From: a bacterium
GTDB lineage: Bacteria > UBA8248
Assembly (NCBI GenBank): GCA_965204535.1
Contig: CBDBEV010000001.1
Coordinates: forward strand, 1,728,001 to 1,792,000
DNA: 64,000 bases
Direction: 5' to 3'
The notes below the pieces were generated by a model, which made no database searches, was not told the origin of the DNA, and saw only the letters and a list, made by a program, of their open reading frames with translations. Below are positions 49,443-59,780 of this stretch, one piece after another. Both the position numbers and the translations under genes were made by a program. Position 1 is the first letter of the stretch. The number at the start of each line of letters is the position of its first letter.

Positions 49443-50924
49443 TCAGGTCTTCTTCCCGCGCCCTCTGCGGAAGATGCCGTCGTAGAAGGTGAACACCGAG
49501 ACGATCATCAGGATCGTGCCGACGGGGCTCGTGAGGAAATACCAGAACGGCTTGTTCTCGAAGGTGATGAGCGCGCGGCGCAGGTTCTCGTCCGCCAGCG
49601 ACCCCAGGATGACGGCCAGAACCATGGGCGCCAGCGGGAGGCCAAGGCACCTGAGCGCGTAGCCGACGAAGCCTGCGGCCAGCATGACGTAGACGTCGAA
49701 CATGCTCAGGCGCACCGCGTACGCCCCCAGGATGCAGATCGGGATGATGATGGGCATCAGCAGGGTGCGCGGCAGGCTGTAGAGCTTGACGGCGGGCTTC
49801 ACCAGCAGGAGGCCGAACACGTACATCAGGAAGTTCGCCACGATGAGCGCCCCGTAGATGAAATAGACGAGACCCGGGTTTTCGACGTCAATGGTGGGTC
49901 CCATCACCACGTGCTTGAGTTCCAGCGCGGCCATGAAGGCGGCGGCGGGCGGACTGCCCGGGATTCCCAGGGTGAGCGTGGGGAGGATGGTTCCGCCGAT
50001 GCAGGCGTTGTTCGCCACCTCGCCGCACACGATGCCCTCGTAGCTCCCCTTGCCGAATTTTTCGCGCTCCTCGGGCTTGGCGCGGCGCTTTCCCACGTCG
50101 TAAGCCACGAAGGCGGCGATGTTACCGCCCGCGCCGGGGATGGCGCCTATCACCGTGCCGATGATGCCGGAGCGCACCGATGCGCGCGCGTAGCGCCACA
50201 ACATACTGAAGGGGGGCACCACCCGGTCCACTTTTTCGGGGATTACCGGCGGCTCCTTTTGGGGCAGTACCCAGAGCACTTCGGTCAGTCCGAAAAAGCC
50301 GATGATCACGGGGATGTAGCTGATGCCGTCTTCGAGGAGAAAACTCCCGAAGGTAAAGCGCGGAACGCCGTAGATGTTGTCGAGGCCGACGAAAGCGATG
50401 AGCAGCCCCAGCCAGCCGGATATCCAGCCCTTGATGGGCGCCTCGCCCGAGGTGAGCGTGCCGCAGATGGCGATCCCCCAAAGCGCCAGCAGGAACATCT
50501 CCCAGGAGCGGAACTGCAGGGCGATGAGCAGGATGAGGGGTATGAACGCCACCAGGATCAGGATGCCCACCCAGTTTCCGAGAAAAGACGCCACCAGCGC
50601 GGTGCCGAGCGCCTGTCCTCCCTCTCCCCTTTGAGCGAGTTGGTAGCCCTCGATCATGGTGGGAACGGCGGCGGGCGTACCGGGTATGTTGATGAGCACC
50701 GCGGTAATCGAACCGCCGAACACGCTCGCCGTATAGACGCCCAGCAGGAACATGATGGCCACGTCCTGGCTCATCTGGGTGGAGAGACCGATCAAGAGCA
50801 CCATGGACATGGTCGTCGAGATGCCCGGCATCGAACCCCACAGGAGTCCCAGGATGGTGCCCAGTATGCAGACGAACACCAGATACGGGTTCATGGCGTG
50901 GATGAGTTGTTCCAGGAAAAACAT
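49443..50924 (-). CDS. tctA: tripartite tricarboxylate transporter large permease
   Basis: NIPGTP, EGYQLA, EVANNA, LGIPGS. Confidence 0.92.
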   Translation of the reverse strand: MFFLEQLIHAMNPYLVFVCILGTILGLLWGSMPGISTTMSMVLLIGLSTQMSQDVAIMFLLGVYTASVFGGSITAVLINIPGTPAAVPTMIEGYQLAQRGEGGQALGTALVASFLGNWVGILILVAFIPLILLIALQFRSWEMFLLALWGIAICGTLTSGEAPIKGWISGWLGLLIAFVGLDNIYGVPRFTFGSFLLEDGISYIPVIIGFFGLTEVLWVLPQKEPPVIPEKVDRVVPPFSMLWRYARASVRSGIIGTVIGAIPGAGGNIAAFVAYDVGKRRAKPEEREKFGKGSYEGIVCGEVANNACIGGTILPTLTLGIPGSPPAAAFMAALELKHVVMGPTIDVENPGLVYFIYGALIVANFLMYVFGLLLVKPAVKLYSLPRTLLMPIIIPICILGAYAVRLSMFDVYVMLAAGFVGYALRCLGLPLAPMVLAVILGSLADENLRRALITFENKPFWYFLTSPVGTILMIVSVFTFYDGIFRRGRGKKT

Positions 50925-50927
50925 GGC

Positions 50928-51560
50928 CTACCCCGAACCCGGCAGCGGAATGCGGAAGCCGTAGCGAAACGCGGCGGCCAGAACCAGCGTTGAAATCGCG
51001 GAGACGACGAGACACTGCAGAAACGACTTCGGCCAGAAGATGCGCAGGGCGATGGCCAGCATGGGTATGGTGACGGCCTCGAAGCTGCTGAAACCGAGCC
51101 GGAAACCTCCTATCACCAGCGGAACTGTAATGACGAAGGTCACCCAGTCGAGGAGCACCACGTAAACCACCACCAGGCCCATCAGGATGAGCGCCCACTG
51201 GTTCTCGTAGTCGGCGAAATATCTGCCCAGCAATTCAGCGGGCGAGAGATTCAGTTCCGAACCGCCGCCTCGTTTGAGCGCGCCCGCTCCCAGTCCGATG
51301 GCCATGGCCAGCAGGCTCAAGCCCGTGAGAATGGGCATGAAGCCCGGCGCGGTGAAGATGTTCTTCTCCGGATTGGGCATGAGCAGCCCGAGGATGACGG
51401 CGAGGATAGCGACGACGCCCACGACGCTCGCCGCCGCGAGATCCCTGCCCGGCGTGGCGGCGTCCCCCCCCTCCTCGGAAAGCAGTTGCGAGGCGGCGGC
51501 GTCTTCGGGTTCATCCGCGGGCGGATGCGCCTTGCGGTCATCGTCGTTCGAGGAAACCAT
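50928..51560 (-). CDS. tctB: tripartite tricarboxylate transporter small permease
   Basis: TAPGFMP, C-terminal IPLP; lies between tctC and tctA. Confidence 0.78.
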   Translation of the reverse strand: MVSSNDDDRKAHPPADEPEDAAASQLLSEEGGDAATPGRDLAAASVVGVVAILAVILGLLMPNPEKNIFTAPGFMPILTGLSLLAMAIGLGAGALKRGGGSELNLSPAELLGRYFADYENQWALILMGLVVVYVVLLDWVTFVITVPLVIGGFRLGFSSFEAVTIPMLAIALRIFWPKSFLQCLVVSAISTLVLAAAFRYGFRIPLPGSG

Positions 51561-51670
51561 GCAACTCTCTCGGCATAGAACAAAATCAATGAATACGGCC
51601 TCCCCGAGCGGGCCGCCTCATCTCCAAGGCGGCCCGCTCGGGGCAGGCATTGCGCGATGAGCCGTCTGGC

Positions 51671-52816
51671 TCAAATGCGAGGCTTGTAGCCCTTCGGCGG
51701 CCACCAGGCATCGAAATCCTTCGGTTCGGGAAGCCCGAGTTCCTTGGGTCCGCGCACCTTTTTGCCGATGTGCTTTTGCAGCTTGAGCAGCGTCGCTGCG
51801 CTCAGGCACTCGAGTTGCGCGGCCCGGCGATCGGCCGCTTCTCCCACGCGGACATCGATCTGGAAGTACTTGCGCGTCGCGATCTTCCCGAAGGCATCCG
51901 ACTTCGCGGCTGCGACCCAGACCGGCTTGATCTTGTTGAGCACGTCGGCGGGCGTCTCCCGCCTCAGGGCGATGCTGTACATTCCGCCCATCGGCAACAG
52001 GGCCTTGAGCGCGGGAATGAAGTTGGCGATGGTGTAAGCCTTCCCGTAGTTGGAAATGTCCAGATCATTCGGCCCCGTGTGCATGAGGTTTCTCAGTTTG
52101 CCAGCGCGCAGGAATTCGACGTGCTCGTGCACGCCGCCGCCTGCGATGTCCACCTCGCCCTGAAGGCCCGCGACGGTGGCGGGTTTTCCGCCCTTATACG
52201 GCACGAAGCGCAATTCGATGCCCGCTGCGTCCGCGACGGTGGCGCCCACCTCGTGCCAGATGCTGCCCACGCCCGAAGTCGAGATGGTGAGCTTGCCGGA
52301 TTTCTTCTTGGCCGCTGCGACCACGTCGTTGAAGGTCTTGAAGGGCGAGTCGGGCCGCACCGACCAGCTCGCGAGCGAAGCCGCCGCCGCGAAGTGCTGC
52401 CAGTCCACCCACGCCGCCGAATCCGTGTATCCCATCGGCCGGACGAACTTGTTGTAGTTCCCGGCGCCCAGCCAGGTGTAGCCGTCCGCCGCCTTGTTGA
52501 GCACGTAGCGGGTGGCCACGCCTCCCACGGAGCCGGGACGGTTGATGACGTTGACGGGCCAGCCGGTGGTGCGGGCCATCTCGCCGCAAAGCGTGCGGAT
52601 GACGGTGTCCGTGCCGCCGCCGGCGGCGTACATCACCACCCCCGTGATGGGGCGGGCGGGCCATTTCGCGGCGTCCGCCTTTCGGGTCGTGAGAACCATC
52701 GGCGCCGCGGCCGCGACGCCGGCGACCCCAAGGGTCTGGATGAAGCTCCTGCGCGAGAGATCGGATGATTCGGGAACGATGATTTCGGGATGCTCATGAA
52801 GCTCTTTCTTGGACAT
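51671..52816 (-). CDS. tctC: tripartite tricarboxylate transporter binding protein with Tat signal
   Basis: SRRSFI twin-arginine motif; WPARPI, GGGTD, DGYT, VPYKGG. Confidence 0.88.
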   Translation of the reverse strand: MSKKELHEHPEIIVPESSDLSRRSFIQTLGVAGVAAAAPMVLTTRKADAAKWPARPITGVVMYAAGGGTDTVIRTLCGEMARTTGWPVNVINRPGSVGGVATRYVLNKAADGYTWLGAGNYNKFVRPMGYTDSAAWVDWQHFAAAASLASWSVRPDSPFKTFNDVVAAAKKKSGKLTISTSGVGSIWHEVGATVADAAGIELRFVPYKGGKPATVAGLQGEVDIAGGGVHEHVEFLRAGKLRNLMHTGPNDLDISNYGKAYTIANFIPALKALLPMGGMYSIALRRETPADVLNKIKPVWVAAAKSDAFGKIATRKYFQIDVRVGEAADRRAAQLECLSAATLLKLQKHIGKKVRGPKELGLPEPKDFDAWWPPKGYKPRI

Positions 52817-53157
52817 GATGCTCTCCTCCGGTTGAGATGAAACGACCACTCGGTATCAATCGGTGGCCGACTACGGCCCTTCTGGCGCAGAATCCACCCA
52901 GGATGTTTTCTTTTCCCCTATTTCATTTTTCGGCTGCGCGCGATCCTAGCACAACTGGCGCAATCCTCCAAATTCTGGGATTTCAGGCCCGCCTTTCGCG
53001 CGCGGCGAATCCGTGTAGAATCGCGTTATCAAGAGAACCGGACGGGGCCGTTCATCCAACCGCAACGCGCGCAACACCCAATCGTAATCCGGCTGTGATA
53101 AAATGGCTCGAATGTAAAACCAGATGAATCCCACTTCAGCAGAAGGAAGTATAAGAC

Positions 53158-54186
53158 ATGAAGCTAGGCGTATTGACGGGGGGCGGAGACTGCCCCGGCC
53201 TGAACGCGGTCATCCGCGCGGTGACGGCCTCGAATTTCCATCGCGGCAGCCATACGCTGGGAATCCGCCGGGGCTGGCGCGGCCTGGTGGACGGTGATTT
53301 CGTAGAGATCACGGGCCCGATGATCTCCGGCATCCTCGACAAGGGGGGCACCATTCTGGGCTCCTCGCGGACGAACCCCACGAAGGACCCCGCCGTGCTC
53401 GAGAAATTCAAGGAGAACTGGCGCGCATCGCGCATCGACGGCCTCATCGCCATCGGGGGGGACGACACGCTGAGCGTGGCCGCCTACCTGAGCAAAGAGG
53501 GCTACAACGTCATCAGCGTGCCCAAGACCATCGACAACGACATCGGCCTCACGGACTACTCCTTCGGCTTCCACACCGCCGTCGGCGTCATCACCGACGC
53601 CATCGACCGCCTGCGCACGACGGCGGAGGCGCACGACCGCGTCATCATTCTGGAAGTCATGGGACGCCACTCGGGCTGGCTCGCCACCTACGCGGGCATC
53701 GCCGGGGGGGCCGACCTCATCCTCGTACCTGAGCGGCCCTTCGACATCGAGGAAGTCGTCGGGGTGCTCAAGGCGCGATTCGCGCGCGGGCGCAACTTCG
53801 CCAACGTGGTCGTGGCCGAGGGTGCGAAGCCCGAGGGCATCGAGGACTACATCACGCGCAGCCAGACGGTGGACGAGTTCGGGCACGTGCAGCTCGGCGG
53901 CGTCGGCGAATACCTCGCGAAGGAGATCGGCGACCGGATGAACGTGGATACGCGCGCCGTCATCCTGGGGCACATCCAGCGCGGCGGCTCGCCCGTGCCC
54001 TACGATCGCGTGCTGGCGACGCGCCTGGGCGTGCGGGCGAGCGAACTCGCGCACGAGGGAACCTGGGGCGTCATGGCCGCGCTGCAGGGGCGCGACATCA
54101 ACCCGGTGCCGCTCGAGGACGTGCTCGGCAAGGTGAACACCCTGCGGGAGGACTTCTTCGATTCCGCGGAGTTGTTCTTCGGATAA
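53158..54186 (+). CDS. pfkA: 6-phosphofructokinase, probably PPi-dependent
   Basis: GGDCPGLN, GGDDT, PKTIDND, EVMGR, LGHIQRGG. Confidence 0.9.
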   Translation: MKLGVLTGGGDCPGLNAVIRAVTASNFHRGSHTLGIRRGWRGLVDGDFVEITGPMISGILDKGGTILGSSRTNPTKDPAVLEKFKENWRASRIDGLIAIGGDDTLSVAAYLSKEGYNVISVPKTIDNDIGLTDYSFGFHTAVGVITDAIDRLRTTAEAHDRVIILEVMGRHSGWLATYAGIAGGADLILVPERPFDIEEVVGVLKARFARGRNFANVVVAEGAKPEGIEDYITRSQTVDEFGHVQLGGVGEYLAKEIGDRMNVDTRAVILGHIQRGGSPVPYDRVLATRLGVRASELAHEGTWGVMAALQGRDINPVPLEDVLGKVNTLREDFFDSAELFFG

Positions 54187-54533
54187 CCTTCCTGAGTGTT
54201 CCCCGTGGAACGACCCGCGCATCTGCCCGCAACTCCCCGCATTTGCCGTCGCGGCTTTCGCCCCAAACCCCCTATACTCCGAATCATCCCGATCGCGGGA
54301 GTAAGTGCGCCCGCGCGGGGAGAGTATTCGGGAAAACAATTTTTAGAAATACCCCGTAAATTTATCGAATTTTATGGGATTTTCTCGAATTTTTCAGAAA
54401 TTCGTCGGCGAAGATGCGTCCGCACGCGGAAATCTCCCTCATCCCGAGTAGACGCGAAAGAGCCGCCTCCTCATCCTGAGTAGTCCTGAGCTTGTCGAAG
54501 GACGTATCGAAGGATGCCCTCCGCCCGTCGATC

Positions 54534-54773
54534 TCAGACCCGGAACACCTTCATCACCTCATCGCCGAGGTGGTTGATGACCTTGACGGCGATGCGGCCG
54601 GACTCCGGTCGGTCGAAGGGGCGGGAGATATCGCTCTTGAGCGTCTCCCGGGCTTCCTCGTCGATCTCGGCCATCATGGCCTGGGATTCAGCGGTGGGAA
54701 CGTTACGCCGCTTGTTCTTGTGCCGATGAATGTCGACTTCTTTGGGTTTTTGGGGGGATTTTCGCCGCGCCAT
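54534..54773 (-). pseudogene. internally deleted site-specific DNA methyltransferase (type III Mod-like) remnant
   Basis: N-terminal H..KRRNVPTAE fused in frame to C-terminal AEIDEEA..SRPFDRPESGRIAVKVINHLGDEVMKVFRV. Confidence 0.65.
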
Positions 54774-54857
54774 CTAGTTTGGGTCCTCTTCTGTCGCGTC
54801 CGGCAGGTTTCGTAGCCTCTGTGCCTGTCCGGCGCCTACGCCTCTCCCGGCATAAGA

Positions 54858-55229
54858 CTATGCCGGGTCCTCATTCGTCGCATCCAGCAGGTTCCGCAGT
54901 TCGGGCAGAAGTTCGGGAACATCTGTCTGAATGATGTCCCAAATGGTGTCGTCGTCGATGCCCAGATAGCCGTGAGCCAACCGGTTGCGTGCTCCGATAA
55001 TGCCGCGCCAGTCTATCTCCGGGTGCGCCTTGCACACCTCCTCCGGGACGCGGGTAGCCGCCTCGCCGATGAGTTCCAGATTGCGCAGCGTGGCGTCGTA
55101 GGTGCGGCCATCGGCGAGGAAAGCTGCCTGATCCATCCCGTCCGTGTAGGAGAGAACCTTTTCACAGAACCCGATCATGTCTTGAACGTAGAGGCGCCAA
55201 TCACGTTCTTCGGCGGGAGCTTCAGACAT
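54858..55229 (-). CDS. HEPN/DUF86 (HepT-like) ribonuclease toxin
   Basis: IGEAA; RNRLAH (Rx4H) followed by GY. Confidence 0.9.
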   Translation of the reverse strand: MSEAPAEERDWRLYVQDMIGFCEKVLSYTDGMDQAAFLADGRTYDATLRNLELIGEAATRVPEEVCKAHPEIDWRGIIGARNRLAHGYLGIDDDTIWDIIQTDVPELLPELRNLLDATNEDPA

Positions 55230-55512
55230 GGACGATATCCCGTTCCACGTAGGGGCGCAGTTCCGCCCGCAGCGCCTTGTCGGTCACCATATCGACCGGA
55301 CGGCCCAACAGGTCCTCGATGTAGAACTGCGCGCCGAAGTATCCCTTCGACGTCGCCCGCCCCTCGAAGCGCACCAGGACATCGAGGTCACTGTCCTCCC
55401 CCGCCTCGTCTCGGGCGAAGGAGCCGAAAATGGCCAGTTCGGCAACGCCGAAGCGCTCCGCGAGGATTTCTTTGTGCGCCCGGAGAATCTTCAGGACTTC
55501 ATCGCGCTTCAT
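55222..55512 (-). CDS. minimal nucleotidyltransferase (MntA-like) antitoxin
   Basis: FGSFAR..SDLDVL, GRPVD; overlaps the HEPN start. Confidence 0.9.
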   Translation of the reverse strand: MKRDEVLKILRAHKEILAERFGVAELAIFGSFARDEAGEDSDLDVLVRFEGRATSKGYFGAQFYIEDLLGRPVDMVTDKALRAELRPYVERDIVHV

Positions 55513-55552
55513 CGGGGCGCCCGTGGATTCGATAAAAAGAGTCCTGTAGTTT

Positions 55553-55708
55553 TTATGTTTTTGCTTCATGGTCAACCGGCCTTGAGCGAGCGAAGCGGTA
55601 GGGCTTCGGTCTCCAACGTGGACAGATCGAGACGGCGAACCGCTTCACGCCGTGCGCCCGGCAAAACGCGGCGAGCCGCTCTTTCGGTATGGAAACTTTC
55701 GGGTTCAT
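55553..55708 (-). pseudogene. N-terminal fragment of a second MNT gene
   Basis: MNPKVSIPKERLAAFCRAHGVKRFAV, after which similarity is lost before the FGS motif. Confidence 0.5.
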
Positions 55709-55815
55709 TCTCGTCCTCGTCGCAATACGTTCCCTTCTCGATGATAAGGCAACCGCATGGACGAGACAAACGAAGGGCGATCCCGAACGGCGGGCGTATG
55801 ACCGCCCCCCCCCCA

Positions 55816-56892
55816 TCACCCCTCCACCCGCGCTCCGGTCGCGCCGTCGAAGGGGTGGACGTTCTCCATGTCGAAGAACACCCGGATTTGCTCGCCCACC
55901 TGCGCGCGGAAATGGCCCTCTTCCTTCACGGTGAGGACGATTCCGTCGATATCGAGGGCGACGAAGGTGTCTGAGCCCAGGGGTTCGACAAGCTCCACCC
56001 GGCCCTCGGCGGAGACGGGGCGCGCGCCCGCGTCCTGAAAGCCCAGGTGCTCGGGGCGGAAGCCGAGAACATAGGCCTCTCCCTCCCGGCACGCCCGAGG
56101 CAGCGGGAAATGCAGGGCGCCCGCTTCGAGTTCGAGACCGCCCTCCGCCCGGTGCGCGCGGCCCTCGATGAAGTTCATGGCCGGGCTTCCCAGAAACCCC
56201 GCCACGAAGCGGTTGACGGGCCGGTCGTAGAGATCGATGGGCGGCCCCACCTGGAGGATTTTTCCCAGATCCATGACGACGATGCGGTCGCCCATCGTCA
56301 TCGCCTCGGTCTGGTCGTGGGTGACGTAGATAGAGGTCGTGCCCAGGCGGCGCTGGAGCTTTCGTATCTCGGCCCGGGCGGTGACGCGCAGCTTGGCGTC
56401 CAGGTTGCTTAACGGCTCGTCGAACAGGAAGGCGACCGGGTCGCGCACGATGGCCCGGCAGACCGCCACGCGCTGGCGCTGGCCGCCCGAGAGCTGGCGC
56501 GGCTTGCGGTGGAGCAGGTCTTCGAGCCCCATGAGGGCGGCGGCCTCCTTGACGCGGCGGTCGATGTCGCCCCCCGTAATCCGCCGCACGCGCAGGCCGA
56601 AGGCCATGTTCTCGTAGACCGTCATGTGGGGGTAGAGGGCGTAGTTCTGGAACACCATGGCCATGTTACGGTCCTTGGCGGGAATCTCGTTCACGCGCTC
56701 GCCCGAGACGCGGATCTCGCCGTCGGTGGGAAACTCGAGGCCGGCCACCATGCGCAGCGTCGTCGTCTTCCCGCAGCCCGACGGCCCCACGAGGACGAGG
56801 AACTCCCCCTCGGCGACTTCCAGGTCGATCCCGTCCACGGCGCGCACGCTGCCGAAGTGCTTGCTCAGGTTCTCGAGACTCACCGTGCCCAA
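55816..56892 (-). CDS. carbohydrate ABC ATP-binding protein (MalK/UgpC type)
   Basis: GPSGCGKTT, FQNYALYPH, LSGGQRQR, C-terminal TOBE-like region. Confidence 0.93.
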   Translation of the reverse strand: MGTVSLENLSKHFGSVRAVDGIDLEVAEGEFLVLVGPSGCGKTTTLRMVAGLEFPTDGEIRVSGERVNEIPAKDRNMAMVFQNYALYPHMTVYENMAFGLRVRRITGGDIDRRVKEAAALMGLEDLLHRKPRQLSGGQRQRVAVCRAIVRDPVAFLFDEPLSNLDAKLRVTARAEIRKLQRRLGTTSIYVTHDQTEAMTMGDRIVVMDLGKILQVGPPIDLYDRPVNRFVAGFLGSPAMNFIEGRAHRAEGGLELEAGALHFPLPRACREGEAYVLGFRPEHLGFQDAGARPVSAEGRVELVEPLGSDTFVALDIDGIVLTVKEEGHFRAQVGEQIRVFFDMENVHPFDGATGARVEG

Positions 56893-56991
56893 ACCGACTC
56901 CTCCATCATCGCGCGCCGCGCCCCGGACGCGGCTGGTGAAAAACGCCTTGCGGGCCGGGCGGGATTACGACGATCTGCGGGTCGAGGGGGT

Positions 56992-57330
56992 GTAGGGGTC
57001 GCATATATGCGACCCGGCCTTTTTTCGCCGCCCGTCACGGGCCGCATATATGCGGCCCCTACAGATGAAAGCCCGATTGATGCGGGAGGACCCCCTCTTC
57101 CTCGTCGCTCGCGTCAAACCCTCTAGCATCGAGACTGTTGAAAAAACTTTTGTCAAGAGAGTAACCCCCCCTACCCCCCCTTGTCAGGGGGGCAAGAAAA
57201 ATCAAACCCCCTCACCCCGGCGAGGACACATCACCTTTTTATATCCCTCTGACAAAAACAAAAGCCCCTCTACCGGCGGCGGGCGTCGCCTTTTTATACC
57301 CCCCTGACAAGGGGGGGTAGGGGGGGCAGG
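56992..57330. repeat. REPIN-like GTAGGGGTCGCATATATGCGACCC doublet plus a CCCCCTACCCCCCTTGTCAGGGG inverted pair
   Basis: Doublet at 56992-57062; inverted pair at about 57165 and 57299. Confidence 0.85.
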
Positions 57331-57402
57331 GCAGCCCCGAGGAGGGGCTGTCCTTTATCCCCTGAGGAGGGAGGCCTTTCCCACCAGCCCCCAACACACC
57401 CA

Positions 57403-58251
57403 TCATTTCACCGCTCCCGCCGTCAGGGCGCGGATGAGATAGCGCTGCATGAAAAAGCCCACCAGCAGGGCGGGCAGCATGATCAGCGTCGCCAGGGTGG
57501 ACATGTCCTGCCAGAAGACCTGCATCTCCCCCATCGTCTCCGCCAGCCGGACGGGGATGGTGCGCGCGTACACGTTCGTCAGCATGAACGCGAACATGAA
57601 CTCGTTCCAGGCCAGCAGGAAGACGAAGATGGAAGTCGCCGCGATGCCCGATGAGGCGAGGGGGAAGGTCACCCGCGCCAGGGTGCGCAGCGCGCCGCAG
57701 CCGTCCAAAGCCGCGGCCTCTTCGAGTTCTTTCGGAATGCCGTCGAAAAACGCCTTCATCAGCCAGGTGCCGAACGGGATGTTCAGGGCGGTGTAGATGA
57801 GGATCAGGATGAAGCGCGTGTCGAGTATCTGGAGGTAGCGGAACAGGAGATAGAGCGGCACCACCGCCGTGACGGGCGGCAGCAGCCGCGTCGCCAGCAT
57901 GAAGAAGAGCAGGTAGTTCGACGCCCGGAAGCGGTAGCGCGAGAACGCGTAGGCGGCCAGCGAGGAGACCAGGAGCGTCAGGAAGGTCGTCACCACCGCG
58001 ATGAAGGTGCTGTTCCAGATGAACCTGAGTGCGGATTCGTTCCCGAAGCCCAGGAACTTCCAGTACGAGGAGAAATCAGGACTCACGAAGACCTTGGGCG
58101 GGATGGAGAAGATGGCGGTCTCGTTCTTCACCGAGGTGAGCATGATCCAGACGATCGGGAACAGGCTGAACGCGAGCAGGACCATCATCGCCCCGCGCGC
58201 CGCCGGGAAGGAGGGAATCCCCGGCCCGATCTGCTCTTCGCCCCGCGCCAT
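57403..58251 (-). CDS. carbohydrate ABC permease
   Basis: IPKELEEAAALDG, AWNEF. Confidence 0.92.
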   Translation of the reverse strand: MARGEEQIGPGIPSFPAARGAMMVLLAFSLFPIVWIMLTSVKNETAIFSIPPKVFVSPDFSSYWKFLGFGNESALRFIWNSTFIAVVTTFLTLLVSSLAAYAFSRYRFRASNYLLFFMLATRLLPPVTAVVPLYLLFRYLQILDTRFILILIYTALNIPFGTWLMKAFFDGIPKELEEAAALDGCGALRTLARVTFPLASSGIAATSIFVFLLAWNEFMFAFMLTNVYARTIPVRLAETMGEMQVFWQDMSTLATLIMLPALLVGFFMQRYLIRALTAGAVK

Positions 58252-58254
58252 GGC

Positions 58255-59277
58255 CTAGCCGTCCCTGTCCTGGATGAGCCGCAGGTAGGCGAACGCGATA
58301 CCCGCGCCCAGCACGAGGAGGATGACCGAGGTGGCCGCCGCGTTGCCCACATCGAAATAGCGGAAATAAATGCGCTGGATGAACAGGCCGTACGGCATGG
58401 TGGACGTGCCCGGGCCTCCTTCTGTGAGTATGTAGGGGATGTCGAACACCCGCAGCTTGAAGATGGTCTGAAAGAGCAGCGCCACCACCAGCGGGGGCAG
58501 GATGAGCGGAAAGGTGATCCGCCTAAACACCTGCACCCGGTTCGCGCCGTCCACGTGGGCGGCCTCGAACACCTCGTTGGGGAGCGCCGTGATGCCCGCC
58601 AGGAGGATCATGGTGACGAAGGGCGTCGAGCGCCAGACCTCGCAGATCACGATGGCCCAGAAGGCGGGGCCGGTCTCGGCGAGCCAGTTCACCTTGGCGA
58701 CGCCCACGAGGGTGATGAGGAGGTTCACGATGCCGATGTCGCGGTCCCACATGAGCCGCCAGCCGAGGCCCACCGCGATGGGGGCGACCATGTAGGGGGT
58801 GAGGAGAAAGGACGTCATGAGCCTGCGCCCGCGCACGAGGCCGTAGAGCAGCAGCGCGCTCGCCACCCCGATGATGAACTCCAGCGCGATGGTGGCCACG
58901 GTGAAGCCCAGGCTGAAGCGGGTCACCTCCCAGAAGTCGGGGTCGACCCAGAGCAGGTGGACGTAGTTCGCGAAGCCGACGAAGGTGGAGAGATGCGGCG
59001 TCGTGAGCCGCCATTTCCACAGCGAGAGATAGATGTTGTAGATGGAGGGATAGACCAGTATCGCGCCCAGGATGATGAAGGCGGGCGCCATGAGCAGGTA
59101 GGGCGCCATCGCCTGCTTGCGCGCGGGGGTGAGCCAGCCGCGGCCGCCCCGCCGCGCCGTATCCTGAACGGCTCCGGTATTCACGTTCCTCTCCGTGCTT
59201 GCGTCCGCGCCGGACGCGCCCCCAATCCGCCTCTCCTCCGGGGTACGCCTTCGCGTCTGGGGCGGCATCATCGCCAC
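58255..59277 (-). CDS. carbohydrate ABC permease (start uncertain)
   Basis: FVGFANY, EAAHVDGA, GGPG. Confidence 0.88.
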   Translation of the reverse strand: MAMMPPQTRRRTPEERRIGGASGADASTERNVNTGAVQDTARRGGRGWLTPARKQAMAPYLLMAPAFIILGAILVYPSIYNIYLSLWKWRLTTPHLSTFVGFANYVHLLWVDPDFWEVTRFSLGFTVATIALEFIIGVASALLLYGLVRGRRLMTSFLLTPYMVAPIAVGLGWRLMWDRDIGIVNLLITLVGVAKVNWLAETGPAFWAIVICEVWRSTPFVTMILLAGITALPNEVFEAAHVDGANRVQVFRRITFPLILPPLVVALLFQTIFKLRVFDIPYILTEGGPGTSTMPYGLFIQRIYFRYFDVGNAAATSVILLVLGAGIAFAYLRLIQDRDG

Positions 59278-59284
59278 CCCAATT

Positions 59285-59715
59285 GTAGGGGTCGCATACC
59301 GAGGGGGAGGGCCGCATATATGCGGCCCCTACAACCCCTCTTGCAGGAAACAAAGGCACCCCCCCTACCCCCCTTGACAGGGCCTGTTGAAAAAGTCCCC
59401 TGAGGGAGCGCGCTGCTTTTCACTCCCCCCTTGAGGGGGAGTCGGCAAGACGAGGGCGAAGCCCGAAGTCGCGCCGGTGGGGGGACATGCCACAGAGTAA
59501 ACCTCCCCCCACCGATTCAGCCTTCGCACAAAACGCTCGGCTTCATCGTCTGGCTTTCCCCTCGGGAAGCCAGACCCTCAAGGGGGGAGTTGAAGTCTCC
59601 TCCTTCCCCGGTCATCTCCATACGCCGAATCACGAAATCAGGTCTTTTTCAACAACCCCCTGTCAGGGGGGCTTTCTTTTTTTACCCCCCTGACAAGGGG
59701 GGGTAGGGGGGGTTG
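59285..59715. repeat. composite nested repeat array including a TGTTGAAAAA...TTTTTCAACA element (59383-59657)
   Basis: GTAG-REP at 59285-59332; ACTCCCCCCTTGAGGG..CCCTCAAGGGGGGAGT pair at 59423-59590; CCCCTGACAAGGGGGGTAGGGG copies. Confidence 0.8.
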
Positions 59716-59780
59716 GTTTTATCCCCTGAGGAGGGGACTATTCCAACACCCCCCGGTGCGCCTTTGTTTTCGTACCGCTG

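Noticed and set aside
56992-59715. Repeat clusters as a CRISPR array
   Set aside because: Repeats are inverted, dispersed and irregularly spaced, with no direct repeat-spacer periodicity and no cas genes.
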